NCBI GenBank assembly: GCA_963702205.1
Contig: OY969724.1
Location: 1,024,001 to 1,088,000, forward strand
Direction: 5' to 3'
Length of the DNA stretch: 64,000 nt
Source: an uncultured candidate division Zixibacteria bacterium
GTDB taxonomy: Bacteria; Zixibacteria; MSB-5A5; GN15; PGXB01
The notes under the pieces were generated by a model. It did no database searches and was not told the origin of the DNA. It was given only the letters and a program-made list of their open reading frames with translations. Positions within the stretch are counted from its first letter, which is position 1. Each line of letters starts with the position of its first letter. The position numbers were made by a program, and so were the translations under genes. Positions 21,399 to 31,508 of this stretch are shown here, one piece after another.

Positions 21399-23957
21399 AT
21401 GCAGAAACCCGATCTGAAATATTGGGGCGTATCTCTGGCGATCATCATCATTCTGGCCGGCGGCTTTTTTATTGATCGAGCCGATGCCTCGACCGATGAA
21501 ATCGTCATCCGATTCGAAGTGCCTCGTCTTCTCCAGAAAGATATCACTGCTCAGTACAGCAACGACCAATTATATCTCCCGCTTGTCGAAATGTTCTCCT
21601 TGCTGGAAATTAATGTCGATATTGACCCTCAACATACTGTTTTTTCCGGGGATTATTTAGGCCAGGGTAGTCATTTCGAAATAAACACTACCAGGGGAAA
21701 AGCGCAATCCTCCGGAAAGACAATCTCGCTGGACAGCACCGTTTCGATTTTGACTCCATCGGATTTATTTCTAAGATATGATCTCTATGACTCACTGTTC
21801 AACCTCCAAATATACTTCGATTTTTCCGAGTTAAGGGTTAATCTGCCTTTGAACAAAGACTTTCCGGCCTATCAGGTATTAACCCGTAAATTGGCGCATC
21901 AGGAACTGATGGCCGCCGAGACAGCACAAAAAGATATTGCCAGAATCCCTCGAGAGAAAACCAAATTGGAAGGAGGCGTTGCCGATTGGGCCTTAACCGC
22001 CAGCCCCATCGGAGGAGGCAGCCATTATGGAAACGTCGGTCTGGGCGGGATGGTTTTTGGCGGCGATTTGGCCGTGCGGGCGTCCGCCGACAGCAAAAAT
22101 GGCCTGCTGACCGATCAGTTGGACTACCGATGGCATTATTATTTTGAAAATAGTAAATATATCTCGCGGGCCGAGTTGGGTATGGTCAACACTTCCGGAC
22201 TAATCGGAAGAAATCTTAAAGGTGCTCTTGTAACCAATCAGCCCGAAATTGAACGCAAATACTTTGAAACCATAAATCTCGAAGGCCATCTGGGTGAAGG
22301 TTGGGAAGTTGAACTATATGTCAATAATAAATTGGTCGATTTCACTTATACCGATCAAAATGGCGATTACAATTTTCTGGTGGATATCGTCTATGGCTCA
22401 TCGCGGATTTTGATTAAAATGTTCGGCCCCGATGGTCAAATGGAGACAGAGGATAAGTTTATCAGTGTACCCTATAATCTAATCCCCAGGAACGATATTG
22501 AATATACTCTGGCGACCGGAACCTCCGGCAGCTCCAACAACCGGGGCAAATATGGACAAGGAATGCTTTTCTATGGGATTTTTAATAACCTCACGGCCGG
22601 CCTTAGTGGTGATATCCCGATCGCATCGGAAACTGAGGAGAAGGCGGCCATGGCAGGGGAAGTCACATATCATCCTATGGGGAATTTAATAGTCAATGGA
22701 TCATTCGCGCCGGGAAATTCGGCGAAACTTTCCTTGAATTTCTCCCAACCGTCGATGATCGGCATTAGCGGAAGTTTCACCAACTATTATGAAAATAGCC
22801 TGAACAACAAGATGGGACAAATCAGCAATACGCGTTTTTCGATTTCGTTGCCCATAAAATTCGGCCAGAGACGTCTTGGTCTGAGGTACCATTTGAGTTT
22901 TGATCAATACCGAAATTATACGCATACAAATATGAGCTATGGCTTCAATGGTTCCATTTATAAATTCAACTTCAATTATCTGGGCAGCAATAAGATCATC
23001 GATTTTAATAACCGTATGGAACGCGAATTAACCAGTCAGCTGATATTGTCGTGCAATTTAATAAGATTCATTAGACCGCAGGTAAGATTAAATTATAATC
23101 ATAATCTCAATGAACTTTCCTCGGTTGCCCTGTTTCTTACCAAAAGAATATTCAAAACCGGACAGGCTTCCTTTTCTTTCGATAGGAATTTGCAGACGCA
23201 AAGCAATATTATCATGTTTACGATAAGCCTCTTCACCGATTTCGCCGAATTTTCGACCAAGGCGCACTCTTTCTCAGGGCAATTATCGGTCAGTCAAGTC
23301 CAGCGAGGCTCCATTCGCTTTGATCAATGGGATAAGGCCTTCAAGTTCGATCGCAGAAACGGTCTCGGTTTGGGGACCGCCAAGATATGGCCATTCCTCG
23401 ACCAAAATTATAATGGTGTTCGCGAAGAGGGCGAACCGCTTCTTCCCGAATTGCGGGCCAAAGTCGGCGGCTCTTCCGGAAAAAAATATGGCAAAGGACA
23501 GCTATATTATTATGACGGGCTTCGGGCTTACAACCAGTACACTGTCAGGATTGATCCCTATAGCCTGGACAACCCCCAGTTGCAACCTGCCCATGAAAAT
23601 TTCCTCGTGACGATTAACCCCAACACTGTTTCAGAAATCGATATTCCGGTTGTGACGGCCGGTGAAGTAACCGGTCAGGTTGACAGAAATATTGAAGACG
23701 GCAAAGTCGGCGTCGGGGGAATTCAAGTCGAATTGATGAACGAAGCGACCGGGAAAATAACCGAGATTATAACTTTTAATAATGGCGAATTTTATCACCT
23801 GGGTCTGGTTCCCGGAATGTATCGGGCTTATATCGACCGGGATCAATTAAAAAAATACGGCTATATTGCGGAACCGGCCGTTCGCTCCTTTCAGGTCAAA
23901 ACGGTTGAAGGGGGCGATTATATCGACAATATCAATTTCACAATCATCCCTCAATAA
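21399..23957 (+). CDS. Usher-like outer-membrane protein with C-terminal carboxypeptidase-regulatory-like Ig domains
   Basis: 852 aa; signal peptide; WEVELYVN...G.Y.F....YG...IK.FGP.GQ plug-like motif; long beta-strand region; FLDQN.NG.R..GE. Confidence 0.7.
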   Translation: MQKPDLKYWGVSLAIIIILAGGFFIDRADASTDEIVIRFEVPRLLQKDITAQYSNDQLYLPLVEMFSLLEINVDIDPQHTVFSGDYLGQGSHFEINTTRGKAQSSGKTISLDSTVSILTPSDLFLRYDLYDSLFNLQIYFDFSELRVNLPLNKDFPAYQVLTRKLAHQELMAAETAQKDIARIPREKTKLEGGVADWALTASPIGGGSHYGNVGLGGMVFGGDLAVRASADSKNGLLTDQLDYRWHYYFENSKYISRAELGMVNTSGLIGRNLKGALVTNQPEIERKYFETINLEGHLGEGWEVELYVNNKLVDFTYTDQNGDYNFLVDIVYGSSRILIKMFGPDGQMETEDKFISVPYNLIPRNDIEYTLATGTSGSSNNRGKYGQGMLFYGIFNNLTAGLSGDIPIASETEEKAAMAGEVTYHPMGNLIVNGSFAPGNSAKLSLNFSQPSMIGISGSFTNYYENSLNNKMGQISNTRFSISLPIKFGQRRLGLRYHLSFDQYRNYTHTNMSYGFNGSIYKFNFNYLGSNKIIDFNNRMERELTSQLILSCNLIRFIRPQVRLNYNHNLNELSSVALFLTKRIFKTGQASFSFDRNLQTQSNIIMFTISLFTDFAEFSTKAHSFSGQLSVSQVQRGSIRFDQWDKAFKFDRRNGLGLGTAKIWPFLDQNYNGVREEGEPLLPELRAKVGGSSGKKYGKGQLYYYDGLRAYNQYTVRIDPYSLDNPQLQPAHENFLVTINPNTVSEIDIPVVTAGEVTGQVDRNIEDGKVGVGGIQVELMNEATGKITEIITFNNGEFYHLGLVPGMYRAYIDRDQLKKYGYIAEPAVRSFQVKTVEGGDYIDNINFTIIPQ

Positions 23958-24418
23958 TCTCCCCGCCCACAGAAATCAGAAACCTGCGGCTGAATGGCAA
24001 AGGTATCGGTGAAACAATCGGCTATATGAATGCAACACACTTGATTTGATCGCAACGGATCCAAATATCACTCTCGGAAAACTTTTTTGACATTTCGTTT
24101 TCCTGTCCGATTACACTATGCCATAGTTATGGGAAGCCCATGCAGGGTTATGGATTAAGGCGGCGATCGATGCTGTATTACGGGCTGAAATGATTCCTTC
24201 ATATGTCAGCCGCTCAGATGTAATATTGTCTCGTACTCACCGTTGACCCTTTTTTGCATTAAATAGGAACAAATTCCAACAGCGACTTGTTAAGTCCATA
24301 ATTATTAAGCTATTCTGATGATACCCATTAATCCTCTCTTTTAGTTTGGAGTGATTAGCATACGGGGATAGCTGGTTGAAATTTGTGAGTGAGGAACTCA
24401 AATGGAAAGAGGTGCTCT

Positions 24419-24790
24419 TTGAAATTACGCAAAGAAGAAATGACAATTGAATTGGAATTGCCGGTCGCAACATTTCGTGTTGCCGAATGGGATGATATGG
24501 CCGTTGCATATGTCAAGCTTGCGGCGGGTGCGGATGCGACACCACTGCTTGAGGGACTGCCCGGTAATAAATGCCAATGTCCGCATTGGGGCTATATGCT
24601 TGCAGGGGCTATTCACGTGCGCTATAGCGACGGCAAAGAGGAAGTATGTCGGGCTGGTGAGACGTTTCATTGGCCTGCCGGCCATACTGTTTGGGTGGAA
24701 GAGGATACTTCATTCATTGAATTCAGCCCCAGGAAATCACTTAAGGAAGTTTACGATCATATCGGCAACAAAGTAGCATCTGCCGGCTAA
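24419..24790 (+). CDS. Cupin-domain protein
   Basis: GLPGNKCQCPHWGY...FHWPAGHT; TTG after GAGG. Confidence 0.8.
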   Translation: MKLRKEEMTIELELPVATFRVAEWDDMAVAYVKLAAGADATPLLEGLPGNKCQCPHWGYMLAGAIHVRYSDGKEEVCRAGETFHWPAGHTVWVEEDTSFIEFSPRKSLKEVYDHIGNKVASAG

Positions 24791-24809
24791 TGATATTGAT
24801 GTGAAATAT

Positions 24810-24837
24810 AAAGCCCCGGCTGGCGCCGGGGCTTTTT
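24810..24837 (+). terminator. Rho-independent terminator
   Basis: aaagccccggc-tggc-gccggggcttttt. Confidence 0.85.
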
Positions 24838-24847
24838 CATTTTTACG

Positions 24848-24883
24848 GCGCGGGTTGTGAGACGAGTTCCACAACCGGGTGAT
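24848..24883 (+). repeat. Degenerate 36-bp direct repeat, copy 1 (att-like; resembles antisense of the tRNA-Asp 3' end)
   Basis: 28/36 identical to 37983-38018. Confidence 0.55.
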
Positions 24884-25057
24884 GGAGCATATCTCCTGGA
24901 GAGATTATACGGCGTTCGCCAGTTTCGCCTCCGACTTCATACGGCAAAACGAGAAGCAGTATCCTGCTCAAAAATACAGGTTGACCTTCGCGGATTAGAT
25001 GGCTTATATTACGGATAATTAAGTCTAGTTTTAGAGTTTCTTGAAGGGAGAGGACCT

Positions 25058-26191
25058 ATGACATTCAAGGGATTATCTGTATTAATGACGGCCTGTTTAT
25101 TAGTGCTAATGTGCATATTGGTTGGCGGGTGTTCGGACGACAAACCGACCGATTCCAAACAATACGGCTGGGCCGCCCTCGGATCTGGCATGAACGACTA
25201 TGTCTTTGCTCTCGCTGATTATGACGGTGATTTGATCGCCGGAGGATTTTTCACGACTGCCGGTGGCGAAAGCGCCAATCACATCGCGGGCTGGGATGTT
25301 TCGGCGTGGTCGCCGCTCGGGACGGGAATGTACAAGGATTACCGTGTTACAGCTAACACCGTTTCCTACAGAACACCGATGAATGGCATTAGCGTTGATG
25401 CCCTGGTCGTCAATGGCGCCAGCCTGATTGCCGCGGGCACAATCACTGAAGCCGGCGGGGTAAGTGTCAACAACATCGCGGCCTGGAATGGCTCATTATG
25501 GGCGGGCCTCAGCTCAGGTCTCATCGGTTCTGTTGGCGACCTTGCCATCTATGACGGCGAGCTGATCGCCGGAGGTGGGTTTACGTTGGCCGGCGGAGTA
25601 AGTGTCAACAATATTGCAGCCTGGGACGGCACATCGTGGTCGCCCCTCGGCTCAGGTCTAAATGGTTATGTTTATGCCCTCGCCGTCTATGATAACAAAC
25701 TGTTTGCCGTAGGTACATTCACTACGGCCGGCGGGGTGAGCGCCAATCGTATTGCGGCCTGGGACGGCTCGTCATGGGCACCCCTCGGATCAGGTCTGAA
25801 CGAAAACGGCGCTACTGATCTCGCGATCTATGACGGTAAGCTGTTTGCCGCAGGCCAGTTTACTACGGCCGGCGGGGTGAGTGCCAATCGTATTGCGGCC
25901 TGGGACGGCTCATCCTGGGCGCCTCTCGGCTCAGGACTGAATAGCTTTGTTTCCGCCCTCACGGTCTATGATTCTAAACTGATTGCCGGGGGCAATTTTA
26001 TCACAGCCGGTGGGGTAAGTGCAAGTAAAATAGCAAGCTGGGACGGCTCATCATGGTCGTCGCTCGGGACGGGAATGAATGATATCGTCGACGCTCTCAC
26101 TGTTTATGACAACAAGCTTATTGCCGGAGGAAATTTTACCACCGCCGGTGGGGTAAATGCCAATCGCATTGCGGCTTGGGGGCCGAAATAG
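25058..26191 (+). CDS. Lipoprotein with WDGSSW repeats (paralog of 6694..7779)
   Basis: LVGGCSDD lipobox; same repeat consensus. Confidence 0.85.
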   Translation: MTFKGLSVLMTACLLVLMCILVGGCSDDKPTDSKQYGWAALGSGMNDYVFALADYDGDLIAGGFFTTAGGESANHIAGWDVSAWSPLGTGMYKDYRVTANTVSYRTPMNGISVDALVVNGASLIAAGTITEAGGVSVNNIAAWNGSLWAGLSSGLIGSVGDLAIYDGELIAGGGFTLAGGVSVNNIAAWDGTSWSPLGSGLNGYVYALAVYDNKLFAVGTFTTAGGVSANRIAAWDGSSWAPLGSGLNENGATDLAIYDGKLFAAGQFTTAGGVSANRIAAWDGSSWAPLGSGLNSFVSALTVYDSKLIAGGNFITAGGVSASKIASWDGSSWSSLGTGMNDIVDALTVYDNKLIAGGNFTTAGGVNANRIAAWGPK

Positions 26192-26335
26192 CGTTCCCCC
26201 GCACCAGCTTCTTATTTTGTGACAAAACAATGGCCCCGGCGACAACCAAGGCCCTCAAAGTAAAAAGCGGAGCAGCGAAACGTGTTTCGCGAGTAAAAAG
26301 CTGTTGACCAGGATATTACGGGTCGAACCGTATAT

Positions 26336-26352
26336 TTTCATCTGGATTTCAT
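26336..26352 (+). promoter_or_regulatory. TTTCAT-N5-TTTCAT OmpR-type direct-repeat box
   Basis: 11-bp period; the same motif occurs at 38149 and 40344. Confidence 0.55.
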
Positions 26353-26392
26353 ATTAAAGCACGTTATTATGTCTAAAACGATGAGATAGAAT

Positions 26393-27091
26393 ATGCGCGT
26401 GCTGATTATAGAGGATGACCGGAGAGTTGCGGAGACAATAGCCAAAAACCTTCGGGCCGAAAGCTTTGCGGTTGATATCGCCCGTGACGGCGAGTCTGGC
26501 GAGGAATTGGCCAAAATCGATGATTACGATGTTATCGTGCTCGACCTGATGCTGCCCGAACAGGATGGCTGGAAAACGTGCTCCAATTTGCGCAAGGACG
26601 GTATTCTTACACCCATTCTGATGCTGACCGCCCTTGACGATGTCTCTGATAAGATTCGCGGCCTCGATTCAGGCGCCGATGATTATCTCACCAAGCCATT
26701 CCATTTCGGCGAGCTGCTGGCGCGCATCAGGTCGCTTATCCGACGGCATTCGACCGTGCGCAATACCAACGTCGAAAGCTTTGGTCTCCGGCTTGATCTT
26801 AACACTCACAAGGCGTTTCGTGACAATCGCGAGATTAATTTAACGGCCAAAGAATTTGCATTGCTTGAGTTGTTTATGCTGCATCCCCGACGGATTCTGT
26901 CACGGCAGGAAATATCCGAGCATTTGTGGGATATGAACTTCGACCCCAAAAGCAATGTTATCGAATCCTTCATCAGATTTCTGAGAAAAAAAATAGACTA
27001 CGGATTCGACCGACAGTTAATCCATACCATGCGGGGTGCCGGATACATGTTTTCGGACACCGACCCGCACGCGCCGATTGATGAAAAATGA
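26393..27091 (+). CDS. OmpR/CusR-family response regulator (duplicate of 38206..38904)
   Basis: Receiver plus winged helix; about 17 of 232 residues differ from the paralog. Confidence 0.93.
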   Translation: MRVLIIEDDRRVAETIAKNLRAESFAVDIARDGESGEELAKIDDYDVIVLDLMLPEQDGWKTCSNLRKDGILTPILMLTALDDVSDKIRGLDSGADDYLTKPFHFGELLARIRSLIRRHSTVRNTNVESFGLRLDLNTHKAFRDNREINLTAKEFALLELFMLHPRRILSRQEISEHLWDMNFDPKSNVIESFIRFLRKKIDYGFDRQLIHTMRGAGYMFSDTDPHAPIDEK

Positions 27092-27162
27092 CCATACGCG
27101 CCAAAATCATTTTAGCCAATATTGTCGTTTTCGGGATCATTCTCATTGCCGCGGCGGTCGTC
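27088..27162 (+). pseudogene. Truncated 5' end of a sensor histidine kinase
   Basis: First ~25 codons match 38901 ([21 protein letters not shown]), then run into antisense ktrB sequence. Confidence 0.8.
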
Positions 27163-27530
27163 TTGATGCCGCCGCCACAGGACCCCGGGGACGCCCCAAT
27201 GAACATGAGCACTATCATCATGGTCAGAGTGGCCTCATTTAGCGAACCAATATCTACGGTGTTAAACCCGACCGTGCGGCAAGTGACCGACTGAAACAAT
27301 GACACCAATACCAGGATAACCAGTTGACCGAAAGTCGAGAAGCAGCATCCCGTGTCTGCCACAATCAGCCCGGTCGCATACGGCCGACGTGGCAGTAAAG
27401 AGCGCATCGGTCCACGAGATGTATCCGGAAGTCGTGGATATTGGCAGCTTCAACAACACCATCCCGATGAGTATAGCCGCGAGGAAACTGGCCACGACAA
27501 AGCTGGCCGGGTGTATTCTGAGAATGCGCC
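27155..27530 (-). pseudogene. KtrB/TrkH-family K+ transporter remnant (frameshift, internal deletion, truncation)
   Basis: [11 protein letters not shown] / (shift) TGLIVADTG...GQLVIL joined directly to FQSVT.RT.GFNT...[17 protein letters not shown]. Confidence 0.8.
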
Positions 27531-27538
27531 CCGAATTG

Positions 27539-28149
27539 TCAAGACGTCTTCGACTTCTTTTTCGATCTCAGGAAGTATTCGCAGTGAGTGTGAGCTTCAG
27601 CCTCGCATAGCTCGTGAAGGCGTCTACCGGCTAGTACCAGGCGGTCCGAATAGGCTCCGCAAACGGTCATCTCATGGTCCTCAGCTATCCTGGCATAGTG
27701 GAGAAATGGACAAAGTGGCGACAGTAGTCTCTCCGGGCGGTTCTTCTCACTAAGGTGATTGATAAGGCCGGGCAGATCCGGGTATCGAGCCCCGGAGATT
27801 CTTCGATCCAGACGTAATCGACCCCGGCTTGCTTAAGTTCCTCAAGTAATAGTCGGTGCTTGGTCGGCAAGAGCGCAAGAATTCGCGACTCCCGGGAATG
27901 GCGGTTCCTCTTCAGTGCTGCGCATAATTCGACCAATATTTTTCGCTCGGGGACAAGATCGTCCGTGAATCGGACAACCACAATTCCCGGATGCTCCTCG
28001 GTAACTCGATCAAGACACCGAATCGGACTTACCGTCACATTGAGGTCGGTATACTCAGCATTTTTGACATCGTATCTCGGATCGCATATCAAGATTGCCG
28101 ATTCCGGGCCGACGTGCCGACTTTCCTGATATTCGCTCTTCTTAGGCAT
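27539..28149 (-). CDS. Hypothetical degenerate receiver-like protein with Cys-rich C-terminal segment; frameshift near 27780
   Basis: ELC..LK...ILALL...AGVD; alternate frame continues ...LCPFLHY...VCGAY...LCE...HCEYFLRSKKKSKTS*. Confidence 0.55.
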
Positions 28150-29653
28150 GCTGTTTCTCCTTTGGGTCGCGTGTCAGCATGAGACGAAAGTCGCGCCTGA
28201 TCTTCCACACACTTACGATCACGACGAAGATCTCCAGTCGTCCGACGAACATGGCTACCGTCTCAGCCCATAGAGCGGTATCAGGCATATTCGCTGAAGT
28301 TACCCCTACCGAAAGCCCGACCGTTCCAATAGCGGAAGCGAATTCAAAAAGTGAATCCTTGAGAGAGAAGCCGGAGGCACATAACACAAGCGAGCCCAGG
28401 ATATAGAGCGTCAGGTAGAGAAAAACGAAGACGGCGATCTGGCGAAGTCTTTCGTCGCTGAAAAACAGGCGACGGTCACCTTCCCATACAGGTCTTTCAA
28501 GGATTGCGCTCCGGGGTATGAGCATTCGTTTTACTTCCCAGCTGATCGACTTTGCCAACGTGTAGACTCGGAATTGCTTCAGTCCGCCTGCGGTTGAACA
28601 GGTGCCGCCGCCGACAAGCATCAGTGCTATCAGCACAAGCCAGCCGAAAGCTCCCCAGTGGACGTAGCTGACGGTCGAGTACCCGGTAGTTGTGAGGGCA
28701 GTGATTGACTCGAAGACGGCAACCCGCACCGATTTACTCAATTGCGGGTACATGCTGTGCGTTATGAACAGGAACACGGCGGCAATGGAAAGCGGCACAA
28801 GATACGCCATTACTCTAACTTCGCCGTTGCGTATCACGGATTTGACATTTCCCCTTAATAGAAACCAGGCTGTGACAAAACTCATATTTCCCAGAATCAT
28901 CAAGGGAATCGTCACGGCCTCAACGGCTACCGAATCCCAGTAGCCGATACTCTCGGCCCGTGTCGAGAATCCTCCGGTTGACACGGCGCAAAATGAGTGA
29001 TTGAGGGCATCGAAGGGAGACATTCCGGCCAGCCAATAGGCGACGGTACCTATTGCGGCGTAACCCGCGTAGACAATAAGTACCAGTCGCGCGGACTGCC
29101 GGACCTGCGGAACCAATTGGTCGCTTCGCCCTTCCGCGGCCGAGATGCCGGTGCCGGTAGGACCGAGTATCGCAGACATCATGATGATGGCAAGCCCCGC
29201 GCCTCCGGCCAGTTGCATCACGCTTCTAAAGATAAGTACGAGCGGACCTGCCGTTGTCACGTCTACCACAGAAAGGCCGGTAGTGGTCCACCCGCTGACG
29301 GACTCGAAGAGTGCCCGCGAAAAAGGCAGCCCCAGAATCTCCATGAAGGGAAAGGCCGAGAATACGGTGACGGTTACCCAACTCAAGAGGACGATAACGC
29401 CACCCTCTTCAAGTGACAGCGACATGCCTTCGGCCGGTCGGGAGGCTCTCTGCAACACCAGCCCCAGAAATGCAAGACCGGCTGACGGCAGAATGAACGC
29501 AAGCGCGTGCTCTCTTTCCCCCCAGTAGCCAAAGAAAATCGTTAACACGGGTGCAATGATCACACCGGAAGACAGCAAGAAAACCACACCCAGTGACGAA
29601 AGTATCGCGCGGTAGCGCTGTCTGATGTAAGCAGGTTCTCGTATCACAAGCAC
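28142..29653 (-). CDS. trkH: Trk system potassium uptake protein
   Basis: Four P-loops: SGWTTTG, VSTGGF, ALTTTG, AIGTVG; STAGGLK. Confidence 0.92.
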   Translation of the reverse strand: MLVIREPAYIRQRYRAILSSLGVVFLLSSGVIIAPVLTIFFGYWGEREHALAFILPSAGLAFLGLVLQRASRPAEGMSLSLEEGGVIVLLSWVTVTVFSAFPFMEILGLPFSRALFESVSGWTTTGLSVVDVTTAGPLVLIFRSVMQLAGGAGLAIIMMSAILGPTGTGISAAEGRSDQLVPQVRQSARLVLIVYAGYAAIGTVAYWLAGMSPFDALNHSFCAVSTGGFSTRAESIGYWDSVAVEAVTIPLMILGNMSFVTAWFLLRGNVKSVIRNGEVRVMAYLVPLSIAAVFLFITHSMYPQLSKSVRVAVFESITALTTTGYSTVSYVHWGAFGWLVLIALMLVGGGTCSTAGGLKQFRVYTLAKSISWEVKRMLIPRSAILERPVWEGDRRLFFSDERLRQIAVFVFLYLTLYILGSLVLCASGFSLKDSLFEFASAIGTVGLSVGVTSANMPDTALWAETVAMFVGRLEIFVVIVSVWKIRRDFRLMLTRDPKEKQHA

Positions 29654-29660
29654 TTCCCCG

Positions 29661-30335
29661 TCACTTCTCGCCCGTGAACAATTTCAGCACCGGTCCGTGA
29701 TTTTCCGGAAGGGTCACCAGTACGACCCGATCCCCCGACCGCAGGTCATTGGCTCCTCGGGGGACAATCGGCTGATCGTCGCGTATAACTACCGCCACCA
29801 ATGAATTGGCAGGTAGAGAAATATCCTTGAGGAGCTTCCCGGAGACGGGAGAGTTGTCATCGATGACTAATTCGGTAACATTGACACGCCCTTCTCCCAC
29901 CGGGACGAGGTTCAATACATGCTCAAGTGTCGCACGTTGTTCAATCAGGCTGGCGATAATTTCGATAATCGAGAAGGCGGATACGCCGAGTTTCTCAAAC
30001 ACCTGAGTATTTTCCGGATCGTTGGCCAGAGCAACGACTCGCGGGACCCCGAATTGATGAGCGGCTATCTGGCAAACCACGAGGTTATCCTGGTCTTGAG
30101 GCGAAATAGCCAGGACTGCGTCGGCCCCTCTGGCACCCGCATCGCTGAGGATGCCGGGATCGCTGGCGTCGCCGCAGATAACGGTTATCGGCAGTTGACG
30201 AGCCAATTGCACGCACTCTGCGTCGTTCCCGTTCACGATCACGACATCATAGCCCTTGGCGATAAAGGTGCGGCACAAGAAATAAAGAGTGTGACCGCTG
30301 CCGACAATGATGATTTTCACCGTGGCACCTCCCAT
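29661..30335 (-). CDS. trkA: TrkA-family RCK_N + RCK_C regulatory subunit
   Basis: IIIVGSG, GDAS, DQDNLV; C-terminal SPVSGK.L.DI.LP...IR. Confidence 0.88.
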   Translation of the reverse strand: MGGATVKIIIVGSGHTLYFLCRTFIAKGYDVVIVNGNDAECVQLARQLPITVICGDASDPGILSDAGARGADAVLAISPQDQDNLVVCQIAAHQFGVPRVVALANDPENTQVFEKLGVSAFSIIEIIASLIEQRATLEHVLNLVPVGEGRVNVTELVIDDNSPVSGKLLKDISLPANSLVAVVIRDDQPIVPRGANDLRSGDRVVLVTLPENHGPVLKLFTGEK

Positions 30336-30757
30336 CCGTCAGACATGCCGTGTTTGACTACGCGGAGGAACAAGTCGGCGGCTACCGACGTGGGGCACAC
30401 TGTGTCAATACCCAGACTGGCGTAAATTGCTTCTCTTTTGGGATCGAAAACTCTGGCGAGGACACGGGGGACATCAAACAGGCGACGTGCGACCTGGGCT
30501 ACCATAAGATTGACGTTGTCGAAGTGAGTAGTCGCGATGAGAACATCGGCGTCCTTGACTTTCGCCTCACGCAAAACTGAGACGTGAGTGGCATCGCCAA
30601 CGATTCTAAAGCCACTGAAATCCGAAGAGAGGTCCTCAAGTGTTGTTTCGACCTTGTCAATCACCACAACCGAATGGCCGTCCCGGCTGAACTGATTGGC
30701 GAGATGCGAACCCAGCCGCCCGCACCCGACAATGACGATGTATAGGCTATTCTTCAT
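30317..30757 (-). CDS. TrkA-N (single RCK_N) subunit
   Basis: MKNSLYIVIVGCGRLG...GDAT...DNVNLM; real start at 30757. Confidence 0.88.
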   Translation of the reverse strand: MKNSLYIVIVGCGRLGSHLANQFSRDGHSVVVIDKVETTLEDLSSDFSGFRIVGDATHVSVLREAKVKDADVLIATTHFDNVNLMVAQVARRLFDVPRVLARVFDPKREAIYASLGIDTVCPTSVAADLFLRVVKHGMSDGWEVPR

Positions 30758-31472
30758 CGGTCTCCGCCTCGGAGTGACCGTTCCTCTCGACACTGCCCGT
30801 GTCATTCGGTCCCAAGTCAATCGGACCAAACTTGTTCCATGAGCCGGTGCGTTCGAGATTAGCCCAGGCCGGTTTGAAGGTGGGATCAATATCCAATGCT
30901 GCCCGATAGAAATTCTGGGCTTCGCGTTTGTCTCCCTTGATTTCCAGTAACGCGCCAAACAGGTTATAAGCTTCCGGGTGCGTAGGGTCAAAGGCAATGG
31001 CCTTTTGAGCGGTTTCACGGGCAGAGCCAAAATCCCGATTGGAGATATGGAGCTTGGCCAGTTCGATAAGGGAGCGGTAGTCGACGGCGCTCGCTTCGTC
31101 AAGTTCCTCTCGTTTGAGGACCTGGGTGGCGAGGTCGCGAATTTCTCCCGGGCTGAACGGCTTTTGAATGAAGTCGATGGCTCCCAATTTCATTGCTTCC
31201 ACGGCAGACTCGATGGTACCGTGGGCCGATATGATTATGACGCGGGTCGTCGGCCAGTCATCCTTTACCCGCCGAAGAACGTCCATACCATCGATGCCGG
31301 GCATCCGCAGATCGAGGAAGACGAGTCTAAACGGCCTTTGACGAAGCTTCTGAAGTGCTTCTTCACCGTTTACGGCCGTCTCCACGGGGATGTGCAGGGT
31401 TTCCAGAGATTGTGCGACAGTCATTCTGATGTTTTTTTCGTCGTCAACAACCAGGATAGGTTTCTTGTCCAT
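30747..31472 (-). CDS. Response regulator receiver + TPR protein
   Basis: LVVDDE, LDLRMP, KPF; C-terminal TPR helices. Confidence 0.88.
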   Translation of the reverse strand: MDKKPILVVDDEKNIRMTVAQSLETLHIPVETAVNGEEALQKLRQRPFRLVFLDLRMPGIDGMDVLRRVKDDWPTTRVIIISAHGTIESAVEAMKLGAIDFIQKPFSPGEIRDLATQVLKREELDEASAVDYRSLIELAKLHISNRDFGSARETAQKAIAFDPTHPEAYNLFGALLEIKGDKREAQNFYRAALDIDPTFKPAWANLERTGSWNKFGPIDLGPNDTGSVERNGHSEAETDEE

Positions 31473-31508
31473 ATGCTATACTCACTTTCATGTCCAGTCA
31501 GCTCAGGG

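Noticed and set aside
25560..26190. CRISPR-like or non-coding repeat array
   Set aside because: The ~144-bp repeats are in-frame protein repeats without unique spacers. No CRISPR array or cas gene was seen in the window.
30758..31102. N-terminal extension of the TrkA-N ORF
   Set aside because: Overlaps the RR-TPR gene in another frame; TrkA homology starts at MKNSLY (30757).
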